A DNA stretch of 64,000 nucleotides from Candidatus Aminicenantia bacterium (GTDB lineage: Bacteria; Acidobacteriota; Aminicenantia; JdFR-78), in NCBI GenBank assembly GCA_046760445.1, contig JBHIEE010000001.1, positions 19,497-83,496 of the forward strand, given 5' to 3'. The notes below the pieces were generated by a model. The model made no database searches and was not told the origin of the DNA. It saw only the letters and a list, made by a program, of their open reading frames with translations. Positions 16,980 to 26,100 of the stretch are shown piece by piece; the stretch's first letter is position 1, and each line of letters begins with the position of its first letter. The position numbers and the translations under genes are program-made.

Positions 16980-18326
16980 ATGTTAGACCATTTATCAAAT
17001 AGACTTCAAAAAGTATTAAAATTTATCCGGGGAGAGGGAAAGGTTACAGAGAGTAATATGTCAGAGGCACTCCATCAGATTAAACTTGCTTTGCTTGAAG
17101 CAGATGTCAATTATAAAATAGTTAAGGAATTCATTGAGAAAGTGAGGATTAAAGCTTTTGGGCAGGAAGTGCTGGATAGTTTGACCCCGGGCCAGCAAGT
17201 GGTTAAAATCGTAAAAGATGAATTGACCTCTCTTTTAGGAAATCAAGCCCAATTATTAAATTTTTCTAAGAAAGGTCCGTCTGTTTTTCTTTTGGTTGGA
17301 CTTCAAGGGTGTGGAAAAACCACCACCTGTGGCAAATTAGCTAAATTGGTCTTGAAAATTAATAAAAATCCACTTTTAGCTTCTTTAGATTTAAAAAGAT
17401 TTGCTGCTCAGGAGCAATTAAAGAAAATTGCTCAGGCGATTAACATTCCTTTTTATGAAATTAAAAAAGAAGATATAGAAGAGAATAATTCTTTATCGCG
17501 AAGGGCGGAAGAAATTTCAAATAAACTTCTAAAATATGCTCAGAATATGGGCTTTGACTCATTGATTGTTGACACTGCGGGAAGACTTCATATTGACGAA
17601 CAGTTAATGGAAGAGTTAGAGATAATTAAGAAATCTCTTCAGCCAACTGAAATAATTTATATTGGAGATTCAATGACTGGGCAGGATGCAGTTAAAAGCG
17701 CTCAAATTTTCGATCAGAGAATAGAGATTGATTCTATTATTTTGACCAAATTAGACGGTGATGCTCGAGGTGGGGCAGCGTTGTCTATTGTTTCGATTAC
17801 TGGTAAACCGATTAAATTCATCGGAGTTGGAGAAAAATATGACCAATTGGAAATATTTCATCCTGACAGATTGGCTTCACGAATATTAGGTTTAGGCGAT
17901 GTGCTGAGTTTAATTGAGAAAGCAGAAGAGGTGGCTGATCTTAAAAGAGCAGAGGAGGTAGCAAAGAAAATACGACGCCAGGAATTTAACTTGGAAGATT
18001 TCAGAAAGCAGTTAGCTCAGATAAGAAAAATAGGTTCGTTTTCTCAAATAATTAAACTTTTACCTTCGGTCGGTCCATTAAAGAATTTGAGCAAAGTCAA
18101 CATAGAAGATAAAAAGTTAGTGATATATGAGTCAATTATAAATTCTATGAGTTATCGAGAAAGAGAAAACCCAAAGATAATTAATGGGAGAAGAAAATTA
18201 AGAATTGCTAAGGGAAGTGGAAGGTCAGTTCAGGAAGTAAATCAACTTTTAAAACAGTATTTTCAGATGAAAAAGATGATAAAAGAACCGATATTTCGAA
18301 AAATGATAAATTCCCTTAATCAGTAA
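16980..18326 (+). CDS. ffh: Signal recognition particle protein
   Basis: GLQGCGKTTTCGKLA, DTAGRLH, TKLDGDARGGAALS, and an M-domain. Confidence 0.95.
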   Translation: MLDHLSNRLQKVLKFIRGEGKVTESNMSEALHQIKLALLEADVNYKIVKEFIEKVRIKAFGQEVLDSLTPGQQVVKIVKDELTSLLGNQAQLLNFSKKGPSVFLLVGLQGCGKTTTCGKLAKLVLKINKNPLLASLDLKRFAAQEQLKKIAQAINIPFYEIKKEDIEENNSLSRRAEEISNKLLKYAQNMGFDSLIVDTAGRLHIDEQLMEELEIIKKSLQPTEIIYIGDSMTGQDAVKSAQIFDQRIEIDSIILTKLDGDARGGAALSIVSITGKPIKFIGVGEKYDQLEIFHPDRLASRILGLGDVLSLIEKAEEVADLKRAEEVAKKIRRQEFNLEDFRKQLAQIRKIGSFSQIIKLLPSVGPLKNLSKVNIEDKKLVIYESIINSMSYRERENPKIINGRRKLRIAKGSGRSVQEVNQLLKQYFQMKKMIKEPIFRKMINSLNQ

Positions 18327-18332
18327 AAGATA

Positions 18333-18361
18333 TTGACTTAAATCATTCTTTTAGGTAAGAT
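18333..18361 (+). promoter_or_regulatory. Sigma70-type promoter for the rpsP operon, TTGACT-17-TAAGAT
   Basis: ttgacttaaatcattcttttaggtaagat, 26 nt upstream of the rpsP ATG. Confidence 0.6.
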
Positions 18362-18386
18362 AAGACAGTCTAAGGAGTTAAAACAG

Positions 18387-18650
18387 ATGTTAAGAGTTAG
18401 GTTGATGAGAATGGGAGTGAAAAAGAAACCTTTTTATAGAATTGTTGTGGTTGACTCGAGAAGACCAAGAAAAAGTAAATACAAGGACATTATCGGCTAT
18501 TATAATCCCATGAAAGAACCAGCAGAAATAAAAATTGATCGAGAAAAAGTTAACCTTTGGGTGAGCCGAGGGGCTCAACCTTCCGAAACAGTCAAATCTC
18601 TTTTGACTAAAGTTAAAGAGTCAAAGGAAGCATCAATTAAAAACGCTTAA
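18387..18650 (+). CDS. rpsP: 30S ribosomal protein S16
   Basis: [25 protein letters not shown]. Confidence 0.95.
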   Translation: MLRVRLMRMGVKKKPFYRIVVVDSRRPRKSKYKDIIGYYNPMKEPAEIKIDREKVNLWVSRGAQPSETVKSLLTKVKESKEASIKNA

Positions 18651-18661
18651 AGGAGGTTACA

Positions 18662-18898
18662 GTGAAAGAACTCGTGGAAATGATTGCCAAATCGTTAGTT
18701 GACAATCCAGATAAGGTTAATGTTTCCCAATTAGAAGGGGAACAGACAACCATTCTGGAGCTGAAGGTTGCTCCTGAAGATTTAGGCAAGGTAATTGGCA
18801 AACAAGGAAGGACAGCTAGGGCTATCCGAGTTATTCTTGGAGCAGCTGGGATGAAGATGAAGAGGAGATTCAATCTGGAGATAATTGAAAAAGTTTAA
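18662..18898 (+). CDS. KH-domain RNA-binding protein (YlqC-like)
   Basis: [18 protein letters not shown] and the conserved rpsP-KH-rimM order. Confidence 0.8.
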   Translation: MKELVEMIAKSLVDNPDKVNVSQLEGEQTTILELKVAPEDLGKVIGKQGRTARAIRVILGAAGMKMKRRFNLEIIEKV

Positions 18899-18900
18899 TT

Positions 18901-19410
18901 TTGATTACAATTGGACAAATTGTTAGCCTGCAGGGAAACAAAGGTGAAGTTAAAGTAAGAGTTTACAGCGAAGAAACACAGAATCTTACAAGGTTCAAAA
19001 CAGTTCAGTTAGAAAGTAGGGGAAAAGAAGAAACAAAAGAGATTGAGGGTATCCGCCCCGGTAGGAATTGTATAATAGTTAAGTTCAAGGGGGTGGATAC
19101 AAGGGACCAGGCTTACGAATTAATAGGTTCTCAGATAAAAAGAGGAGAGGAACATTTCCATCCTTTAGAAAAGAATACATATTATATTTTTCAACTTATT
19201 AGTTGTTCTGTCTGGGACAAAAAGGATAGTTATGTAGGAAAAGTAAAGGATGTCCTTTCAATAGGTGAGAATGAGCTGTTGGTGATTGAAGGAGAGAAAG
19301 AGGAAATCCTTATCCCTTTTGTTAAATCTATTTGTTTAGAAGTTATTCTTAAAGAGAAAAAAATAATTATTGACCCACCGGATGGGCTTTTAAATTTAAA
19401 TGAGATTTGA
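18901..19410 (+). CDS. rimM: 16S rRNA processing protein RimM
   Basis: ITIGQIVSLQGNKGEVKV, a PRC-barrel C-terminus and synteny. TTG start. Confidence 0.85.
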   Translation: MITIGQIVSLQGNKGEVKVRVYSEETQNLTRFKTVQLESRGKEETKEIEGIRPGRNCIIVKFKGVDTRDQAYELIGSQIKRGEEHFHPLEKNTYYIFQLISCSVWDKKDSYVGKVKDVLSIGENELLVIEGEKEEILIPFVKSICLEVILKEKKIIIDPPDGLLNLNEI

Positions 19411-20173
19411 TATAATAACTTTACTTCCGAAGATATTTGAAAGTAGTTTCAGTTGCGGAGTAATCAAAAAAGGGATAGATAAAGGAATAATTGAAATCAG
19501 AATTCACAACTTGCGAGATTTTGCCAAGGATAAGCACCATCAAGTTGATGATCGACCATTTGGAGGAGGAGAAGGAATGATTCTTAAGCCAGAGCCATTA
19601 TTTATTGCTGTAGAAAACATTAGAGAAGATAATAATACTCCAGTGATTTTTCTTTCGCCTCAAGGTAAAAAATTTAATCATCATATGGCTCAGGAATTGT
19701 CGTACTTTTCTCAGCTTATTCTTATCTGTGGAAGGTATGAAGGAATTGACGAGAGAGTAATAGAGCATTTAATTACTGATGAAATATCAATTGGAGATTA
19801 TATTTTAAGTGGAGGAGAACCAGCTGTTCTTGTCTTGATTGATGCTATTTCAAGATTAATTCCTGGAGTTGTTGGAAAACAGAAGTCAGTTAAAACTGAT
19901 TCCTTTTCTGATGGTCTCCTTGATTATTCTCATTATACTCGTCCGAGAGAATTTCGAGGAATGAAAGTTCCTCAAATATTGTTTTCAGGTAATCATCAGA
20001 AAATTGCTCTCTGGAGGAAGAGAAAATCGTTGGAGAAAACTTTACTCAAAAGACCCGATTTACTCGAAAAAAGAAAGTTGACTTTAGAAGAAAAAAGATT
20101 ACTTAATCAAATAAAAAAAGAAAGTGATAGAAATAAGAGAAAGGGGAAAAATGAGCTTAGTCAGTTTGGTTGA
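19400..20173 (+). CDS. trmD: tRNA (guanine37-N1)-methyltransferase
   Basis: [45 protein letters not shown]. Confidence 0.95.
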   Translation: MRFDIITLLPKIFESSFSCGVIKKGIDKGIIEIRIHNLRDFAKDKHHQVDDRPFGGGEGMILKPEPLFIAVENIREDNNTPVIFLSPQGKKFNHHMAQELSYFSQLILICGRYEGIDERVIEHLITDEISIGDYILSGGEPAVLVLIDAISRLIPGVVGKQKSVKTDSFSDGLLDYSHYTRPREFRGMKVPQILFSGNHQKIALWRKRKSLEKTLLKRPDLLEKRKLTLEEKRLLNQIKKESDRNKRKGKNELSQFG

Positions 20174-20492
20174 GGACTCTCAATTAAGAAATAATTTACC
20201 TGCATTTGGAGTTGGTGACACAGTTAAATTGCATATTAAAGTAAAAGAAGGAGATAAAGAAAGAATTCAGGTATTCAAAGGAGTAGTCATTGCTAAAAGA
20301 GGCTCAAAAACAAGGGCGACTTTCACTGTGCGGAAAATTTCTTTTGGAGTGGGAATAGAACGGATATTTCCTCTTCATTCAAAAATTATTGAAAAAATAG
20401 AAATAATTAGAAAATCTAAAGTCAGAAGGGCTAAATTATATTATCTTAGAGAATTAAAAGGTAAAGCAGCCCGGCTTAAGGAAAAGAAATAA
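20151..20492 (+). CDS. rplS: 50S ribosomal protein L19
   Basis: [31 protein letters not shown] prefer the ATG at 20151 (SD aaagggg) over the track start at 20124. Confidence 0.9.
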   Translation: MSLVSLVEDSQLRNNLPAFGVGDTVKLHIKVKEGDKERIQVFKGVVIAKRGSKTRATFTVRKISFGVGIERIFPLHSKIIEKIEIIRKSKVRRAKLYYLRELKGKAARLKEKK

Positions 20493-20495
20493 AAA

Positions 20496-21104
20496 TTGTT
20501 AGCTCATTTTGAAATTGAATATGAATTAATAAAATTAGGTTATCGAAAGATAACCGGATTAGATGAAGTGGGGAGAGGAGCACTTTTTGGTCCAGTAGTC
20601 GCAGCAGCTGTTATTTTAAATCCCAAAAAATTAATAGAAGGAGTGAAAGATTCAAAATCGATTTCCCCCAAAAAAAGAAAAGAATTAGCCGAGATTATTT
20701 TTGGTCAAGCGATGGCTGTGGGTATTGGTTTGTCTTCAAATTTTGAAATAGATGAATACAATATTTATCGGGCAACAATGAAAGCTATGATAAGAGCAAT
20801 AGACAATTTAAATCTTGAACCAGATTTTCTATTAATTGATGGTTATCCTATTAAAAATATTCCTTATCCTCAAATGAATATAATTGGCGGAGATGAAAAA
20901 AGCATGTCAGTTGCTGCTGCTTCTATTGTGGCTAAAGTAATCAGAGACGAAATGATGAATATTTATAATCAGGTTATTCCAGGATATTTACTTGACAAGA
21001 ACAAAGGATATGGTACAAAAGAACATTTCCTTGCCTTACAGAAAAAGGGGCCCTCCTTTTTTCACCGTTTTTCATTTAATTTAAAAACCAATGGCAATAG
21101 ATAG
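20496..21104 (+). CDS. rnhB: Ribonuclease HII
   Basis: GLDEVGRGALFGPVVAAAV, DSKSISPKKR, AAASIVAKVIRD. Confidence 0.9.
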   Translation: MLAHFEIEYELIKLGYRKITGLDEVGRGALFGPVVAAAVILNPKKLIEGVKDSKSISPKKRKELAEIIFGQAMAVGIGLSSNFEIDEYNIYRATMKAMIRAIDNLNLEPDFLLIDGYPIKNIPYPQMNIIGGDEKSMSVAAASIVAKVIRDEMMNIYNQVIPGYLLDKNKGYGTKEHFLALQKKGPSFFHRFSFNLKTNGNR

Positions 21105-23136
21105 AAATAAAATATTTAAGACTGCGGAAAAATACATTAAAAGCGGCAAGATGAAAGCTGCCATTGATGAATATTATAAGTTACTTGAGGAAAATCCGGA
21201 AGATTGGTCAATTATAAATACTATCGGTGATTTATATGTCAGACTGGGGAAAAAAGATGAAGCAATAAAAGAATTTACCAAAATAGCTGATTACTATTAT
21301 AACGAGGGATTTTATCCTAAAGCAATTGCTATTTTAAAAAAAATTTACCGATTAGATTCCACCAGAGGGGATATAATCTTAAAGTTAGCTGAATGCTATT
21401 CTTTGCAAGGTTTACCAGCTGAAGCTCGGTCATTATACTTTGATTTAGCAGAGAGTTATGTAGCCCAGAAAAAACTAAAAGAAGCAATTGAAATTTATGA
21501 AAAAATAGCTGATTTGGATAAGAGCAATTTGAAATTAAGACAAACTTTAGCCATGCTTTACCAGAAGGAAAAGATGAATGACAAGGCCTTGGAAGAATTT
21601 AACTGGGTAGCTGAATCTTATTTAAACTCGGGGAAATTAAAAGAAGCAGAAGAAGTACTAAACCAGGCAAAAGAAATTAAATCTAATCATCTTCGAACGA
21701 TAAATAATTTATTAACTATTTATAAAAAAACTGGAGAAAGCCGCAAAGCTCTTCCCTTGGTAAAAGAAGCTTTAAGTCTGGACAAGGATAATATACATTT
21801 ACTAAAATTAGTAGGAAGTTTATATTACCAAGAAGGAAAATTCTCAGAAGCAGAAGAACTATTTAACAAAATATTAGAAAAAAATCCTACAGAACCAGAT
21901 GTGATCATTAAATTGGGCAAGCTCTACATAAGCCGGCGGGAAACGGATAAAGCTTATGAATTGTATGAACCTTTAGTCAACAGATTAATTAATCACGGTA
22001 AAGAAGATAAAGCTGTTTCTCTTTTAGGGTTAATAATCTCTTCTGAGAAAGCTCATCTTCCCTCGCTCGAAAAACTTGCTGAGATCTATCAAATGAAAGG
22101 TCAAACAGAGGATTTGTTTATAATTTATCAGGCTCTATTTGAAGAGTATAAGAAGCGGGAAATGAAAGATAAGCTTTCCTTTTTGATAAATGAGATCGCT
22201 AAATTGGAGCCAAGAGATATGGAATTATTGGAGAAGTATCCAGCCTTTAAAGAAGAGGTAGAGAAAGTTATAGATTTAGGAGAAAGAGAAATAGTGGTTG
22301 AAACAAAGGAATTTGAAATTCTACCAGAAGAGAAGGTTGATTTGGATGAAAAATTGAAAGAAATAGATTTTTATATTGATCAAGGTTTTTATAAAAATGC
22401 TCGGGATTTATTAGATGCTCTTAAGCAACATTTTCCGGAAGAAACTAAAATAGAACAGAGGTATTTATATTTATCTGAGTTTGAAGAAGAAAGAGAGGTT
22501 AAACCTGTTCAAGAAAAGAAAGAGGAAACCTTAGACGAAATGACGATTGAGGATATATTTAGAGGAATTGATATTTTTCCAACGGAAGAGAAAAAAGAAG
22601 AAAAGATTAAATTTTATGAGTTAACAGAAAAAGCTAAAACAGAAATAAAAGATATTGAGGATCTGATAAAAAAAGAAAGAGACTATCGAGCCGTTTCTTT
22701 TGATCGCAAAATAGAAGATATATTAAAACAATTTAAAGAAGGAATAGAAAAAGAAGTACCAAAGGAAGATTATGAAACAAGGTATAATTTAGGTATTGCT
22801 TACAAGGAATTAGGCCTATTAGAGGAAGCAATAAGAGAATTCGAATTAGCTGCTAGAGACCCTCAGAGAACTCTGGAATGTAGCATTCTTATTGCTGAAT
22901 GCTTTAAAGAAAAAGGGATGATTAAAGAAGCAATTACTTGGTTACAAAAAGCAATGGAAGGGTTAACTGAACGAGATGAAGAATGGCTAAGTTTAAAATA
23001 CGATCTAGCTCTTCTTTACCAACAAACAGAAGACTTAAAAAAAGCTTTGACTCTCTTTAAAGAAATATCCTCTCAAAATAATATGTATCGTGATGTCTTA
23101 GAAAAAATAAAGCAGATAGAAGGGAGTATCAGTTAA
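21091..23136 (+). CDS. TPR-repeat protein (681 aa)
   Basis: Multiple 34-aa TPR units at both ends and an acidic central linker. Overlaps the rnhB stop by 14 nt. Confidence 0.75.
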   Translation: MAIDRNKIFKTAEKYIKSGKMKAAIDEYYKLLEENPEDWSIINTIGDLYVRLGKKDEAIKEFTKIADYYYNEGFYPKAIAILKKIYRLDSTRGDIILKLAECYSLQGLPAEARSLYFDLAESYVAQKKLKEAIEIYEKIADLDKSNLKLRQTLAMLYQKEKMNDKALEEFNWVAESYLNSGKLKEAEEVLNQAKEIKSNHLRTINNLLTIYKKTGESRKALPLVKEALSLDKDNIHLLKLVGSLYYQEGKFSEAEELFNKILEKNPTEPDVIIKLGKLYISRRETDKAYELYEPLVNRLINHGKEDKAVSLLGLIISSEKAHLPSLEKLAEIYQMKGQTEDLFIIYQALFEEYKKREMKDKLSFLINEIAKLEPRDMELLEKYPAFKEEVEKVIDLGEREIVVETKEFEILPEEKVDLDEKLKEIDFYIDQGFYKNARDLLDALKQHFPEETKIEQRYLYLSEFEEEREVKPVQEKKEETLDEMTIEDIFRGIDIFPTEEKKEEKIKFYELTEKAKTEIKDIEDLIKKERDYRAVSFDRKIEDILKQFKEGIEKEVPKEDYETRYNLGIAYKELGLLEEAIREFELAARDPQRTLECSILIAECFKEKGMIKEAITWLQKAMEGLTERDEEWLSLKYDLALLYQQTEDLKKALTLFKEISSQNNMYRDVLEKIKQIEGSIS

Positions 23137-23156
23137 GTTTAAGGTATTTGTTTGGT

Positions 23157-23189
23157 ATTTGGGATTTTGCCGAACGAAGTGAGGCATAT
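23157..23189 (+). repeat. 33-nt element, 31/33 identical to 55741-55773, carrying the SD of the giant regulator
   Basis: atttgggattttgccgaacgaagtgaggcatat. Its GAGG lies 10 nt before the GTG start at 23195. Confidence 0.7.
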
Positions 23190-23194
23190 TTAAG

Positions 23195-26100
23195 GTGTCT
23201 TTTCTCCCTCGCACTCAATATGAATTACTCCAGAAAATTGATGAATGTAAAGTCTCCTCTCTCTATCAGGCTTATGATTATTTACACAATCAAGAACTGT
23301 TGATTAAAATATTTCCTCCTGGTTCTCATATCTCTTGGAAGTGTTTAACCAAATTTCCTTTTTTGCTTCATCCTAATATTCTTCCCATAACTGATACAGG
23401 TTACCTGTTTAAAAATAAATTTTTCACAGCCAGTCCAAAAATTGAAGGATTACCCCTTTCTTCCTCTCTTTCTCAAGCCAAAGAGGATTTTATTTCCATA
23501 GCTTTTCAATTAGCTAATGCCCTTTCTTTTTTGCATCAGCAAGAAATTATCCATCGGGATATTTCTCTCAATAATATTATCTTGACCCCAGAAGGAAGGA
23601 TATATCTCGCTGATTTAGATTTTTGTTGGTCTATTTCTTCCCGTCAATCTAAGAGAATAGTAGTTGGAACTTTTCCCTATCTTAAGCCAGAAATAATTCA
23701 AAGGAAGGAATATTATACTTATCAATCAGACCTTTATGCTTTGGGTATTGTTTTATTAGAATCATACTTAGGGGAGAAATTTGTTCAAAAGACCCCTGAT
23801 TTTCGGATTAACCAGGAGATTGATTTAGTTGAAGAGACAGGAATTCAAAGGCTAATTGAAAAACTTCTCGGAATGGAAAGGAAAAAATATGAAAAAGGAA
23901 AGGATTTTTTATTAGATTTGTTAATCTATATTCAGAAGAATAAAATTTCACTCGAAAAAATTCCTCTAGAGTATTTAATTGGATTTACCTTTCTGGAAGA
24001 GAGGAGAGAAGAAAAGATACTTAAAGGAATATTAGCTCAAGTAGAAGATTCCCATTCCCGGATAGCAGTATTAATTGGTGAAAAGGAATGTGGAAAAACT
24101 TCCCTTCTTAATAATTTTTGGTTAAGGAATAAATCTTCATCTTCTCTAGGTGTATTTTTGAAAGGAGAGAAATTTTTTAGCTTTCTTAACTCATTAAGCC
24201 AACAGTTAAAATTTTTAATCTCTGAGGAAAACCTTTTTTCGATTAATGATTTTTTTCGGCTTAGAGAGAATCAAAACTTAGATTCATTGACTTTTTCTCA
24301 ATCAGCTAAATTTTCTTTTTTTGAAGAGATGCTCTCCTGTTTAAAGCAGATTATTGCTAAAACCAAATGCTCAAGTTTTATCTTCATTGTCGATGATATT
24401 GATCAGAGCGATTCTTTGCTTAAAGAATGCTTAGACTATTTGACTAAAAATTCCCAGAAACTTCCCATTTTGTATATTTTTTCCGTATCTAATCAGAACT
24501 CATTTCTCAGTTCTGATTTTTCTGAGATTAGAATTAAACAATTATCCTTGGAACAATATGAAAGAACAGTTTATTTCCCTTTTTCTACTAAGAAGGGTTT
24601 TTTTAAATATTTATACTTAAAAAGTTCGGGTCATCCCTTTTATTTTGTGGAAATATTGAGAGAATTTTTAAAAACGAAAGAAAAATGCTTGGATTTTTTG
24701 CTTTCAGAGGAACAAAGCTATGACTTTTCTTTTGTTAAGTCTCCTGTGATTAGAGACTTATATCAAAAGAAAGTATCTCGACTTAACCCCATTGAAAAAG
24801 AACTATTAGAATTTTGTTCATTTTTTCCTGATAAATTTGAGATTGACCAAATTTCCTATCAAAAGCCATATCCTAATATTCAAAAATCTTTATCTCGGTT
24901 AGTCGAATTTGGTTTTATAAAAAGAGTAGATGAGGATAAGTATTGTTTTCTTCAGCCTTGGAAGGATTTGATTTATAGTCAGATTTCCAAAGAGAAACGA
25001 AAGGAAATTCATGCTAATTTAGCCCATCAGGCAGTAAAAGAAGGATTATCTAAATCAACCATAGCTTTTCACTTCCTTCACAGTCAGGATTGCTCGAAAG
25101 GAATAAAATTTGCCTTAGAAGCAGCCATAGAAGGAAAGGAGAAGTTAATACATGAGGATGGATTGAATATTTTAGAGCAATATCTTACGGTGGTTGACTC
25201 AATCCAAGACAATTGTCTTAAATCAAAATATTTTTTTCTTAAGGGCGAGTTAAACTTGTTAGCGGGCAATTTTTACAAGTCTCAGGAGGACTTGGAGAAA
25301 GCTCTTCAGTTTTCTATTCCAGGGGAGATTGAACAAGGAGAGATTAGACTGAACTTAGCTCGAGCCCTCTATGGTAGTCAGAAGTATGAGTTGGCTCTAA
25401 AAGTGCTAATGGAAAATAAAAATTATTTAGATGAATTAACTTTTTCTTCCGAAATAGAATCCCTTCGTATCAAAAATAACTATTTATTAGCTAAAAATTT
25501 ATGGTTGACTGGGCAAACCCAAAAAGCAATTAATGAATTACAAAATTCATATCATCAGGCTTTAAATTTTGATGAACTTTTGGCTGCAAAAGGAAGACTT
25601 GACCTGGGGTATTTTTTAATAATGAGAGGAGAAAAAGAAGAAGCGGAAAAGCATTTGAACGAATGTCTGAAAATTTTCGAGCAATATGAAAAAATAGATG
25701 AAACTGGCTTTTGCCAGCTGTACTTGGCTTATTTAGAGAGAGAAAAACGTCACTGGAAAGAGTCACTTATTCTTTTGGAAAAAGCTCATAAAAGTTTCTC
25801 TATGGCACGGGATTTATTTTCATTGGCTAAGGTGAGCTCGGATCTCGGCCGGCATTATCTCACCATGGAAAACTGGGAAGAGGCGAAGAATTGGTTTGAG
25901 AAAAGCGAAGAATTATTTTCACAAATCAACAATCCCCGAGGGATTACTCTAGCAAAGTTTAACTTAGGAGAAGTGGCGTTACATGAAGGTGAATGGCACC
26001 AGGCAGAGGAGATTTTTAGAGAAAGTTTAAATTTAGATAGAAAATCAGGCAATCAATGGTCAGTAGCGTATGATTTGAATAGTCTCGGTTATTTATATTA

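Noticed and set aside
20124-20150. Upstream start for rplS at 20124
   Set aside because: It would add 9 residues (MIEIRERGK) overlapping the trmD 3' end. The ATG at 20151 has a proper SD and gives a normal L19 N-terminus.
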